A stretch of DNA of 64,000 nt from an uncultured Candidatus Rokubacteria bacterium (GTDB lineage Bacteria > Methylomirabilota > Methylomirabilia > Rokubacteriales > DASRDR01). Of the stretch, positions 20,722 through 30,304 are shown piece after piece. The notes beneath the pieces are model-generated. The model ran no database searches. It was given only the letters and a program-made list of their open reading frames with translations, and was not told the DNA's origin. The stretch spans positions 96,001 through 160,000 of the forward strand of contig CAVPSB010000014.1 of assembly GCA_963708025.1 (NCBI GenBank). The letters run 5' to 3'. Numbering within the stretch: the first letter of the stretch is position 1; each line of letters opens with the position of its first letter. The position numbers were made by a program, and so were the translations under genes.

Positions 20722-21683
20722 CGGGCTTCCTCGCTCACCCGGACCCGCGGGTCGATCCACCCGTAGGCGAGATCGGTCGCGAGGTTGGTGACCACGACCG
20801 CCACCGCCAGCAGCATCAGCACGCCAAGCGCGACGGGATAGTCGCGCGCGAGCAGGCTCGCCGTCAGGAGCCGGCCGAGCCCGGGCCAGGCGAAGACGAC
20901 CTCGGTCACCATGGCCCCGGCCAGGATCCGGGGGGTCTCGAGCCCGATCACCGTCACCAGCGGGATGGCCGCGTTGGGCAGGGCGTGCCGGAGGAGCAGG
21001 CCACCCTCGCGGACGCCCTTGGCGCGGCCGGTCCGGACGTAGTCCTCGCGGAGCGTCTCATTGAGTCCCGCCTGGACGTAGCGGGTCCACTGGGCCACGT
21101 AGACGGAGCCGAGCACCATCACCGGCGCCGCCAGGTGGGCCAGCCGATCCGTCAGCGAGAACGCGCCGCCGATCGTCGCCATGCCGCCGGCCGGGATCCA
21201 CCGGAGCCAGACGGCGAACACCAGGATGACGAGGGTCCCGCTCCAGAAGGTCGGCACGCTCATGCCCAGGACGGCGAGCGCCTGGACGCCCGCCTGCAGG
21301 CCGCGTCGGCGGGTCGCCGCGGCGGCGGCGCCGAAGGCGAGCCCGAGGATCAGCGAGAAGGCGAGCGCGCTCCCGCTCAGGGCCAGCGTCGCCGGTAACC
21401 GCTCGAGGACGACCGCGGCGACCGCCCGGTGCTCGCCGAAGGACTGGCCCCAGTCGCCGGTGACGGCCCGGCGGAGCCAGATGCCGTACTGGGCGAGCAG
21501 TGGGCGATCGAGGCCCCAGAGCGTCCGGAGGCGCGCGACGGCGTCCGGCGAGGCCGAGGGGTCAGCGGCGTAGATGTCGGCGGGGCCGCCGGGCGGCACC
21601 TGGAGCAGCAGGAAGAGGAGCAGCGAGATGAAGAGGAGGCGGGCGCCGGCGCCAAGCACCCGCCTCCCGAGGTAGGAGAGCAT
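20718..21683 (-). CDS. ABC permease, DppB type
   Basis: GLDRPLLAQY, DYVRTGRAKG, EVVFAWPGLG. Confidence 0.88.
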   Translation of the reverse strand: MLSYLGRRVLGAGARLLFISLLLFLLLQVPPGGPADIYAADPSASPDAVARLRTLWGLDRPLLAQYGIWLRRAVTGDWGQSFGEHRAVAAVVLERLPATLALSGSALAFSLILGLAFGAAAAATRRRGLQAGVQALAVLGMSVPTFWSGTLVILVFAVWLRWIPAGGMATIGGAFSLTDRLAHLAAPVMVLGSVYVAQWTRYVQAGLNETLREDYVRTGRAKGVREGGLLLRHALPNAAIPLVTVIGLETPRILAGAMVTEVVFAWPGLGRLLTASLLARDYPVALGVLMLLAVAVVVTNLATDLAYGWIDPRVRVSEEAR

Positions 21684-21702
21684 CCGGACGGAAGGCGGCG
21701 GG

Positions 21703-21997
21703 CTACTCCCTCGTCCAGTCGGCGGCGTTCCAGAGGCTGCCGACCGGGCTCGGCGCGTAGCCCCGGAGCCGTTTGCTCGCCGCGTTCAGGAGCACCCGCG
21801 GCGCCAGCGGCAGGGTCGGCACGTCCTCGGCCGCCTGGGCCTGGAACGCGCGGATCAGCTCGAGTCGCTTGGGCCGGCTCGGGGTCGTCAGCGCCTGCTT
21901 CAGGAGGTCGAGCGCCGCCTCGTTCCGGTAGCGCTGCCAGTTGGTCCCGAGCCACAAGTTGAAGACGGGCTCCGCCTGAGAACCGCTCGGTGGTCAT
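21703..21997 (-). pseudogene. Internally deleted family 5 solute-binding protein
   Basis: GGAGG RBS and MTTERFS start joined out of frame to about 90 C-terminal residues (NWQRYRN...AEDVPTLPL...WNAADW). Confidence 0.75.
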
Positions 21998-22050
21998 GCG
22001 CTGTCCTCCCGAGAGAAGGGTGGGCGGTCCGGCGTCGATGGTAACACCAA

Positions 22051-22059
22051 TGCTAGAAT
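22051..22059 (+). promoter_or_regulatory. Extended -10 element; probable leaderless transcript
   Basis: TGCTAGAAT with only 6 nt before the GTG start at 22066 and no SD sequence. Confidence 0.55.
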
Positions 22060-22065
22060 CGCGCG

Positions 22066-22848
22066 GTGCGGCTCACGGGCCAGGTGGTCGCCATCACGGG
22101 GGCGGGGGGCGGGATCGGCCGGGCGATCGCCCTCGCCTTCGCCGCCGAGGGGGCCGGCCTGGTCCTCGGCGATCTGATCGACGCCGTCGAGGGCGTGGCC
22201 GACGAGGCGGGACGGGCCGGCGCCCGCGCGCTCGCGGTTCGCTGCGACGTGAGCCGGAGCGAGGACATGCGCGCGCTCGCCGATCGCGCGGTGGCAGAGC
22301 TCGGCGGGCTCGACGTCCTGGTGACCTGCGCCGGCATCGACGGCCCCGGCCTTCTCGCCGAGCAGGACGAGGCGAGCTGGATCCGGGTGATCGACGTGAA
22401 CCTCAACGGGACCTACCGGGCCATCCGGGCCGCGCTCCCCGAGATGATGCGGCGGGGCCGCGGGCGAATCGTGACGATCGCGTCGGTCTTCGGCAAGATG
22501 GGGGGCCACGGCTTCATCACCGCCTACGCCGCCTCCAAGCACGGGGTGGTCGGGCTCACCCGGGCGCTGGCCGCCGAGCTGGGCTCCCAGGGCTACGTGG
22601 GCATCACGGTGAACGCGATCTGCCCGGGCTACGTGCGGGCCGGCATGGGCATCAGGGCGCAATCGACGAAGGCGGGCCCGATGGCGGGGACCGAGATCTT
22701 CGAGCGCTACTACAAGCGGCAGGTGCCCCTCCGGCGGATGATCGAGGCGGAGGAGATCGCCCACGCGGCCGTCTTCCTGGCGCTGCCCGGATCGGGCGGG
22801 ATCACTGGCCAGGCGCTGAACGTGGACGGCGGCTTCATGATGTCCTGA
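22066..22848 (+). CDS. SDR family oxidoreductase
   Basis: TGAGGGIG, YAASK, NAICPG, NVDGG. Confidence 0.92.
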   Translation: MRLTGQVVAITGAGGGIGRAIALAFAAEGAGLVLGDLIDAVEGVADEAGRAGARALAVRCDVSRSEDMRALADRAVAELGGLDVLVTCAGIDGPGLLAEQDEASWIRVIDVNLNGTYRAIRAALPEMMRRGRGRIVTIASVFGKMGGHGFITAYAASKHGVVGLTRALAAELGSQGYVGITVNAICPGYVRAGMGIRAQSTKAGPMAGTEIFERYYKRQVPLRRMIEAEEIAHAAVFLALPGSGGITGQALNVDGGFMMS

Positions 22849-22865
22849 GGGCGTGAGAAACCGAT

Positions 22866-22927
22866 CCTCCGACTCCCCCCTCCCCCCCGGTGGGTGGGGG
22901 AGGGGGGCTGGGGGGGTAGGCGGGAGG
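22866..22927. repeat. Palindromic repeat, family B
   Basis: CCTCCGAC-CCCCCTCCCC...GGGGAGGGGGGCTGGGGGG..GGCGGGAGG; second copy at 50256. Confidence 0.75.
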
Positions 22928-22933
22928 AGATAA

Positions 22934-23902
22934 ATGGACTATCGCACGCTTGGGAAGACCGGGCTGCGCGTCTCGGCGCTCGGCTTCGGCTGCGGCAACG
23001 TCGGCGGGCTGATGATCCGCGGGGCGCCGGCCGAGCGCGAGCGGGCGGTGGCCCGGGCGCTCGAGCTGGGCATCAACTACTTCGACACGGCGCCGGCCTA
23101 CGGCGACGGGGTGTCGGAGCGCCACCTGGGCCAGGCCCTCCGGGCGCTCAAGGCCTCGGTGTACGTCGGGACCAAGTTCCGCGTGGAGGCGACGGAGTGG
23201 GGCGACGCCGCGGGGGCCATCACGCGCTCGCTGGAGGCGAGCCTCCAGCGCCTCGGCATGGAGCGCGTGGACCTCTTCCAGCTCCACAACCTCGTCGGCG
23301 CCTCGCCGAGCGCCGACCAGGTTCTCGACGCCGTGGTCCCGGTGCTGGACCGGCTCCGCCAGCAGGGGAAGATCCGGTTCTACGGCATCACCGCGCTCGG
23401 CGAGACGGCCGCCCTCCACCGGGTCATCGACGCCGGCGTGCTCGACACGGCTCAGGTCTGCTACAACCTGCTCGAGCCGAGCGCCGGCGTGGCGGTCCCG
23501 GCCGGCTTCCCGGCCCAGGACTTCGGGCGGCTCCTCGACCACACCCGGCGCCAGGGCGTCGGCGTCATCGTCATCCGGGCCCTGGCCGCCGGGGCGCTCT
23601 CCGGGACCGAGACCCGCCACCCGGTCGCGGTGCCCTCGGTCGAGCCGATCGCCTCCGGGCCCGACTACGCGACGGACGTGCGGCGCGCCCGCCGGCTCGA
23701 GGCCCTGGTCCGCGACGGCCACGCCGGCAGCCTGGTGGAGGCCGCGCTCCGCTTCCCGCTCGGCTCGGAGGCCGTCTCCACCGTGCTCCTCGGCTACTCC
23801 AGCCAGGAGCACCTGGAGTACGCGGCGGCGGCGATGGCGAAGGGGCCGCTCCCGCCGGCGGCCCTCACGGAGCTGGCGAAGCTCTGGCGACAGCTCGCGT
23901 AA
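22934..23902 (+). CDS. Aldo/keto reductase
   Basis: LGKTGLRVSALGFG, GINYFDTAPAYG, TK, DLFQLH. Confidence 0.93.
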   Translation: MDYRTLGKTGLRVSALGFGCGNVGGLMIRGAPAERERAVARALELGINYFDTAPAYGDGVSERHLGQALRALKASVYVGTKFRVEATEWGDAAGAITRSLEASLQRLGMERVDLFQLHNLVGASPSADQVLDAVVPVLDRLRQQGKIRFYGITALGETAALHRVIDAGVLDTAQVCYNLLEPSAGVAVPAGFPAQDFGRLLDHTRRQGVGVIVIRALAAGALSGTETRHPVAVPSVEPIASGPDYATDVRRARRLEALVRDGHAGSLVEAALRFPLGSEAVSTVLLGYSSQEHLEYAAAAMAKGPLPPAALTELAKLWRQLA

Positions 23903-23918
23903 CTTGAGCGGAGACTCG

Positions 23919-23973
23919 TTGACATACGCGACTTCGATCGATAGCATGTTCGACATACGATTAATCGATCGAT
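23919..23973 (+). promoter_or_regulatory. sigma70 promoter overlapped by a direct-repeat operator candidate
   Basis: TTGACA-17-TAGCAT; GACATACG-N5-TCGATCGAT at 23921 and 23952. Confidence 0.7.
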
Positions 23974-23982
23974 GGAGGCGCC

Positions 23983-24186
23983 ATGACGCTGACGATCTCC
24001 CCGAAGTTCCAGGTGGTCATCCCGAAGGCCATCCGCGAGAGGCTGGGTCTCGCGCCCGGGCAGAAGATCCAGGCGATCCTGTACGAGGACCGCATCGAGC
24101 TGATCCCGCTTCAGCCAGCGCGGCGCTTACGAGGCTTCCTCAAGGGGATCGACACCCGGGTTCCCCGTGAGCCCGATCGCGCATGA
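23983..24186 (+). CDS. AbrB/MazE-type antitoxin
   Basis: ISPKFQVVIPKAIRERLGL swapped-hairpin signature. Confidence 0.9.
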   Translation: MTLTISPKFQVVIPKAIRERLGLAPGQKIQAILYEDRIELIPLQPARRLRGFLKGIDTRVPREPDRA

Positions 24187-24560
24187 ACGTCGTCGATTCG
24201 AGCGCGTGGCTCGAGTACTTTGCCGATGGCCCGAATGCTTCCTTCTTTGCCGGGGCCATCCAGGAGACCGGGTCACTGGTCGTCCCCTCGCTGACGATCT
24301 ACGAGGTCTTTAAGCGTGTCCTTCAGCAGCGAAGCGAGGGTGAGGCGCTGCGTGCCGTCGCTGTCATGCAGCAGGGTTCCGTCGTCGATCTCGATGTTCG
24401 GGTCGCCTTGACCGCCGCCCGCGCGAGCCTGGACGCGCGGCTCCCGATGGCCGACAGCGTCGTCCTGGCGACCGCCCGACTCCACCACGCCACGCTCTGG
24501 ACCCAGGATGCCGATTTCGACGGCATGCCCGGGGTTCGCTACCGCGCCCGGAAGACGTGA
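24183..24560 (+). CDS. vapC: PIN-domain VapC toxin
   Basis: VVDSSAW, IYEV, MADS, TQDADF acidic residues; ATGA overlap. Confidence 0.9.
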   Translation: MNVVDSSAWLEYFADGPNASFFAGAIQETGSLVVPSLTIYEVFKRVLQQRSEGEALRAVAVMQQGSVVDLDVRVALTAARASLDARLPMADSVVLATARLHHATLWTQDADFDGMPGVRYRARKT

Positions 24561-24593
24561 CGAGACGCCGCGCCCGTGGCCCGGAGCGGTCGG

Positions 24594-26195
24594 TCAGTCG
24601 GCGGCCAGCCAGACCGTGTCGAGCTGGTTGTTCAGGAAGTGGCTCGGCGTGATCGTCCAGCCCCGGACCCGGGCGCTGTGGACGACGATGCGGTGCCACT
24701 GGAAGGTGTAGAGGTAGTGCGCCTCCTCGTCGAGGAGGCGCCGCTCGAAGTCGCGGATGTGGCGTCGCCGCTCGTCCCGGTCGGTGGCCCGGCTCTGCTT
24801 CTCGTACAGCGCGTCCAGGACCCGGTCCGTGTAGCGGCTGTAGTTCACCGGGCTGACGTTGACCGACTGGAACTTGAACAGGGCGAGGTCCGGCTCCACG
24901 ATGTAGCTGCAGTGGAAGTCGGCGGCGACCTCGAAGCTGCCGGCGCGGATGTCCGCGTAGAGCGCGCCGAGCTCCAGCGTCTCCACCTTCACGTTGAGCC
25001 CGACCTGCCGCCACTGGTCGGCCAGCCAGACCCCCAGCGCCTCGTACGGGTTGGGGATCGCCCGGTTCTTGAAGGTGAACGCGAACCCGTCGGGCACGCC
25101 GGCCTCGCGGAGCAGCCGGCGGGCCTCCGTGCGCGACCGGCCGATGTCGCGGCCGTACCCGGCCAGCTGCTCCAGCTCGGCCGGTGAGGCCGCGAAGGGC
25201 GTGCCGACCCCCTGCACGCCCGCGACCTCCTTGAGGATCGTGAGGCGCGAGAGCGCCTGGGCCCCCTGGTGGCGGTCCAGCGCCAGGGAGAGCGCCCGGC
25301 GCACGCGGCGGTCGTCGAAGGGCTTCCGCTCGTGGTTGATCGCGATCGGGTTCCAGCACTCCCACGGGCTCTCCTGCACCGCGCTCGCGCTCCCCAGGGC
25401 GCGGACCAGGGTGTCGCGCTCCGGGGGCGAGAAGCCGCGGAACTGGATCATCGCCCGCTGGCCGCGGATGGCCGCCACCTGCGCCGCCGAATCCCGGATG
25501 AACAGGGCCCGGTAGCCGTCGAGATAGGGCTTCCCCTTGTCCCAGTAGCCCGGGTTCCGGCGGCCGACCCAGTGGCTGCCCTTCACGTACTCGACGAAGA
25601 CGAAGGGGCCGGTGCCCATCACGTTCCGCTCGTACCAGTGGATGTCCCGGGCCAGGAGGTCGGCCTTGTAGATCCAGTTGAACGGCGAGGCCAGGGAGGC
25701 GAGGAACGAGGCCGAGGGCCATTTCAGCCGGAACACGACCGTGGACGGGTCGGAGGCCTCGACCGACTCCACGTTGACGTACTCACCCTTGCGGTTCGAC
25801 GCCACCCCCGGCGGCGGGAAGATGATCTTGTCGTAGGTCGCCTTGACGTCGCGCGCGGTGCAGTCGCTGCCGTCGTGGAACTTCACCCCCGGTCGCAGCT
25901 TGAACGTGTAGGTCTGCCCGTCCCGGGAGACCGACCATGACTCCGCCAGGTCGCCGACGATCCGGGTCCCGCTCCGGTCGGCGGGATCGACCCGCAGCAG
26001 GGTGCTGTAGTGCGGCGCCGCCGGGTGCACGATCGCGAAGGTCTCCTCGCGATGGGCGTCGTAGGAGGGGGGCTCGGCCGGGACCACGAACACCAGCTCG
26101 CCCCCGGAGCGCGGGGTCTCCTGGGCGCGGGCCGGCAGTGCGGCGACCCCGAGCAGCAGCAGGGCGGAGAGCGCGACGCGGAGCCGATCAGACAT
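24594..26195 (-). CDS. ABC family 5 solute-binding protein
   Basis: Signal peptide; DLAESW, GVKFHDG, GTGPF. Confidence 0.92.
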   Translation of the reverse strand: MSDRLRVALSALLLLGVAALPARAQETPRSGGELVFVVPAEPPSYDAHREETFAIVHPAAPHYSTLLRVDPADRSGTRIVGDLAESWSVSRDGQTYTFKLRPGVKFHDGSDCTARDVKATYDKIIFPPPGVASNRKGEYVNVESVEASDPSTVVFRLKWPSASFLASLASPFNWIYKADLLARDIHWYERNVMGTGPFVFVEYVKGSHWVGRRNPGYWDKGKPYLDGYRALFIRDSAAQVAAIRGQRAMIQFRGFSPPERDTLVRALGSASAVQESPWECWNPIAINHERKPFDDRRVRRALSLALDRHQGAQALSRLTILKEVAGVQGVGTPFAASPAELEQLAGYGRDIGRSRTEARRLLREAGVPDGFAFTFKNRAIPNPYEALGVWLADQWRQVGLNVKVETLELGALYADIRAGSFEVAADFHCSYIVEPDLALFKFQSVNVSPVNYSRYTDRVLDALYEKQSRATDRDERRRHIRDFERRLLDEEAHYLYTFQWHRIVVHSARVRGWTITPSHFLNNQLDTVWLAAD

Positions 26196-27253
26196 GGAGC
26201 ACCACCTTGAGCGCGTTGCCGGCGCGCTTGACGTAGGCGTCGAAGGCGTCGTGGATCCGGGCGAGCGGGAAGTGGTGGGTGATGATGGGATCAGCCACGA
26301 TCTTCCCGGCGCCCATGAGGGCCAGCGACCGGCCGCAGTTCATCCCGCCCTCACCCCGGGCGGCGTAGATCCGCACGTTGCTCCGCACCGCCAGGTTCAT
26401 GTCCACCTGGACCGGCCCGGCGTACCAGGCGACGACGCCGATCCGGCCGCCGCGCTTCACGCACTCGAGCGCCTCCTGCATCGAGGTCGGGCCGCCCGCG
26501 CACTCGAGGACCGAGTCGGCGCCCTTGCCCCCGGTGATCTCGTGGACCCGCGTCATCAGGCTCTCGTTCCGCACGTTGACGACGTGGTCGGCGCCGAGCC
26601 GGCGGCCGATCGCCAGACGCTCGTCCCGGGTGCCGCTCAGGATGACCCGCTCGGCTCCCAGCGCCTTGCAGAGCTGGACCGCGATGAGGCCGATGGGGCC
26701 CGGGCCCTGGACCAGCACGGTCTCGCCGGCGACGTAGCCGCCCATCAGGTCGATGGCCCAGAGCGGCGAGGCGGCGGTTGTCACCATGCACGCCTGCTCG
26801 AAGGTGAGGTTGTCCGGCAGGCGATAGAGCGTGTTGATGTGGTTGACCGCGTACTCGGCGAAGCCGCCGTCGCAGGTCAGCCCCTTGGCCCGGTGACCCT
26901 TGGCGACGTTGCCGTAGTTCAGAGCAGGACGTGTACCAGCCCTTGACGCAGTTCTCGCAGCGCTCGCAGCCCTTGTGCACTTCCACCGCGACGCGGTCGC
27001 CGACCGCGACCTCGTCCACGTCGGGACCGAGGGCGGCGACCGTCCCCGCGTACTCGTGGCCCATGACGAACTCGCCGTCGGGCTGGCCCATGAGCTTCCG
27101 GTGGAGCACCTTGACGTCGGTGCCGCAGATGGACGCCACGCTCACCCGGAGCAGGACCTCGCCGGGGCCGGGCTCGGGCACCGGCCGCGGCTCGACGTGC
27201 ATGTCGTCGGCACCGTGCAGGACCACCGCCGTCATCGTGGAGGGTATGGTCAT
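26188..27253 (-). CDS. Zinc-dependent alcohol dehydrogenase (MDR), frameshift near 26920
   Basis: ICGTD, GHEYAG, CERCENC, GPGPIG. Confidence 0.88.
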
Positions 27254-27283
27254 CGCGTCGCTCCTCGTTCGATGCCTCGCGCG

Positions 27284-27693
27284 TCAGCGGAGCAGCATCT
27301 GGGTGCAGCGGAAGAGCGCGAGCACCTTCCCGTCGCCTCGTCGGTCACCCGGGCGTCCCACACCTGGGTGGTGCGGCCGCCGTGGACCAGGGTCGCCTCG
27401 CAGGCGATGGCGCCCTCGCGCGCCGTCCCCAGGAAGTTCGTCTTCAGCTCGATCGTGGTGAAGCCCCGGGCGCCCTCGGGCAGGCTGGCCACCGTCCCGT
27501 AGCCGCAGGAGGTGTCGGCCAGGGCCACCACGCTGGCGGCGTGAAGGTAGTCGTTGGGCGCGAACAGCTCGCGGCGCACCGGGAGCCGGCTGGCGACGCG
27601 CCCCGGCTCGATCTCGCGGATCTCCAGACCCAGGAGACCGGGGAGATAGCCCTGGCCCAGGGCGTTCCACCTGGCGCGCTCCGACTCAGTCAC
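27284..27693 (-). CDS. PaaI-family thioesterase, frameshift near 27335
   Basis: PNDYLHAASVVALADT, TIELKTNFL; ends ALFRCTQMLLR in the second frame. Confidence 0.85.
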
Positions 27694-27772
27694 GGCGGCC
27701 GTCCTTTTCCCCGTACGGCCGCCACCCTTGGATCGACGACCTCGATCCGAGACGGGTCGGGCGGCGGCCTCC

Positions 27773-28744
27773 TCACTGGATGACCTCGTCGGCGCGGAGG
27801 AGGATCGACTGCGGGATCGTCAGCCCGAGCGCGCTGGCGGTCCGCAGGCTCACGATGAGCTCGAACGTCGTCGGCTGCTCGACCGGGATCCGATCGGGCC
27901 GGGAGCCCTTGAGGATCTTGTCCACGAGCGTGGCCGCCCGGTGGAAGTTGTCGACGATCCGGGGACCGTACGCCATCAGGCCTCCCGCCTCGACGAACTC
28001 TCTCGCCTCGTAGACCCCCGGCAGCCGGGCCCGGGCGGCGAGCGCCACGATCCGGGCGCGCTGGCCGTAGAGGACCGAGTCCGGCAGGACCAGCAGCGCC
28101 CTCAGGCGCTCGCCGGCCACGCTCGCAAAGGCCTGGTCGACGCCCGCCGCGTCTCGCGCCTCGACGACCCGCAGCGCCACGCCGAGCGGCTTCGCCGCCT
28201 CTCCCAGCTCCCGGACCTGGATCGGCGTGATGGGGTTGTCCGGGTTCCCCAGGACGAGGACCCGAGGATTGCCGGGCGCCAGCTCGCGGATCAGCTCGAG
28301 CCGCTTGGCGTTGAGCTCGGTCGTCACCAGGGTGAGGCCGGTGACGTTCCCCCCCGGGCGGACCAGGCTGGCCACGAACCGGCTGCCCACCGGGTCGCCG
28401 ACGGTTCCCATGACGATCGGGATCGTCTTCGTGGCCCGCATGGCGGCGCGCGTCGAGGCCGAGTTGTCGGTCACGAGGACGTCGGGCTTCAGGCGCAGCA
28501 GCTCGGCCGCGGCGCCGGGCAACCGGTCCGGCCGGCTCCCCGCGTCCCGGCAGTCGACGGCGATGTCGCGCCCCTCGAGGTAGCCGAGCTCGCGGAGGCC
28601 CCGCCGGAACGCGTCGTAGTTGCGATTCGCCTCGCAGCGACCGGTGGCCAGCAGGCCGACGCGGGGGAGGGGGGCCGCGTGCAGGTCGGCCGCGCCCGAA
28701 GCGGCGAGGATCGCCAGGGCCAGGGCGGCCGCCAGCCGAGTCAC
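27773..28744 (-). CDS. ABC solute-binding protein, Trp/Tyr-type (ABC_sub_bind)
   Basis: ASLVRPGGNVTG, GGLMAYG, PVEQPTTFEL, IPQSILLRADEVIQ. Confidence 0.9.
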   Translation of the reverse strand: MTRLAAALALAILAASGAADLHAAPLPRVGLLATGRCEANRNYDAFRRGLRELGYLEGRDIAVDCRDAGSRPDRLPGAAAELLRLKPDVLVTDNSASTRAAMRATKTIPIVMGTVGDPVGSRFVASLVRPGGNVTGLTLVTTELNAKRLELIRELAPGNPRVLVLGNPDNPITPIQVRELGEAAKPLGVALRVVEARDAAGVDQAFASVAGERLRALLVLPDSVLYGQRARIVALAARARLPGVYEAREFVEAGGLMAYGPRIVDNFHRAATLVDKILKGSRPDRIPVEQPTTFELIVSLRTASALGLTIPQSILLRADEVIQ

Positions 28745-30252
28745 CGCCGCTCGCGTCCGACGACCGTGCGGATCGCCGGCTCGAAGTCGTCGTCGAAGGG
28801 GAAGAGCGGCCGGCTGACGTGGCGCCAGTCGAGCCGCTTCAGGTTGGCCGTGCTCGGCCCCGGGGTGTCGACCACCCACATGGCCTTCGCGAAGGGGCCG
28901 TAGCCGTCGCGGAACTGGAGGGCCGACTTCACCACGACGATCTTGGCGTCCTTCGGCTCGAGGCCGACCGCGCGGTAGAAGGCGGGATCGACGGTGAACG
29001 CCGGCCGCTCGGTGACCAGCACGGAGACCGTGCCGACCTCGATGACCGCGGCCCGCCCCATGTGGCCCTCGGTGCCCCGCGACTTCTGGTCGCTGAAGAT
29101 GAACCGGCCGTCGGAGAGGAGGCGGACGCGACCGGTGATCGTGACCGGCCGGTTGTAGCGGGGGTCGAGCCGCCCGCCCACGGGGACGGTCAGGTCGTGG
29201 CCCACCCCGACCTCGATCGCCCGGGCGACGGCCGGCGCGTCCACCACCGTCACCAGGCAGCGCTCCCGCACGCCGAGGGCGAGGAGCCGCTCGAGGACGG
29301 CGGCGCTGTCGCCGGGCGAGCCGGCGCCGGTGCCGTCGGCGGAGTCGGAGAGGATGACCGGCCCACCCTCCAGCGCGAGGGCGCGCCGGATCGCGTCGTC
29401 CACCGCGAGCAGGTTCGCCTCGAACTTCCGCCGGGCCTCCCACGCCTTCCAGGCCAGCTCGCGGACCACGGGCTCGAGCTCGGCCGCGCGCCGGGCGCCG
29501 TCGGCGACCGCCACGACGCTGAAGCCGGTCTCGGGGATGTCGAGCCAGGGCTGGACCGGGAACAGCGAGACGGACAGGACGCCCGGTCGCTGCTCGAGCC
29601 GCTTGGCCTCGGCCAGGAGGCCGGCCATGGGCTGGTCGGCGGTCCCCATGCCCTCGGCAGGGACGATCATCGGCGAGCGGGCGAAGACGGTCACCGGCTG
29701 GACCTCGCCGCGGGCGGCGGCCACGACGAGGTTGGCGCCCTTGACGCCGGTCTCGTAGAGGTCGATGTGCGGGTAGGTGTCGTAGCCGACGAGGGCGTCG
29801 GCCGCCTCGACCATGCGGGGGGTGATGGTGGCGTGGAGGTCGAGCGTGGCCACGACCGGCATCCGCGGGCCGACCTGCTCCCGCACGGCGGCGAGCAGCT
29901 CGCCGTCGCCGTCGGGGGCGTCGTCGAGCACCATGGCGCCGTGGAGGGCGAGCAGCACGCCGTCCAGCGGGCCGGCAGCCGCCAGCCGCTCGAGGATCTC
30001 CGCCTTCAGGGTCTCGAAGGTCTCCCGGGGGACCGGCCCGCTCGACACGCAGTTGGCCGCCACCGTGGGCACGACCTCGACGCCCAGCCGGCCGAGGGCG
30101 TCCAGGAAGCCGCCGACCTCGGCCCGCGTCCCCCGGAGCTTCGCGACGTCATCGTCCAGGAGGAGCTGGTTGTTCCGGAAGTGCTCGAGGTCCGCCAGCT
30201 GGCGGACGAAGGTGTTCGACTCCTCCATGAACTGGCCGATGGCGATGCGCAC
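28741..30252 (-). CDS. MlrC/M81 family metallopeptidase (second copy)
   Basis: ESNTF, LALHGAM, LDLHA, YDTYPHID, VVKS. Confidence 0.9.
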   Translation of the reverse strand: MRIAIGQFMEESNTFVRQLADLEHFRNNQLLLDDDVAKLRGTRAEVGGFLDALGRLGVEVVPTVAANCVSSGPVPRETFETLKAEILERLAAAGPLDGVLLALHGAMVLDDAPDGDGELLAAVREQVGPRMPVVATLDLHATITPRMVEAADALVGYDTYPHIDLYETGVKGANLVVAAARGEVQPVTVFARSPMIVPAEGMGTADQPMAGLLAEAKRLEQRPGVLSVSLFPVQPWLDIPETGFSVVAVADGARRAAELEPVVRELAWKAWEARRKFEANLLAVDDAIRRALALEGGPVILSDSADGTGAGSPGDSAAVLERLLALGVRERCLVTVVDAPAVARAIEVGVGHDLTVPVGGRLDPRYNRPVTITGRVRLLSDGRFIFSDQKSRGTEGHMGRAAVIEVGTVSVLVTERPAFTVDPAFYRAVGLEPKDAKIVVVKSALQFRDGYGPFAKAMWVVDTPGPSTANLKRLDWRHVSRPLFPFDDDFEPAIRTVVGRERR

Positions 30253-30258
30253 GGGACC

Positions 30259-30298
30259 CCCTCACGCTGACCCTCTCCCCCGCCTCGGGGGAGAGGGA
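30259..30298. repeat. REP-like repeat, family A
   Basis: CCCTCACGCTGACCCTCTCCCCCGCCTCGGGGGAGAGGGA. Confidence 0.78.
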
Positions 30299-30304
30299 AT
30301 CGAA

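Noticed and set aside
14078-30252. Microcystin degradation cluster from two MlrC genes
   Set aside because: No mlrA, mlrB or mlrD; the M81 family is broad.
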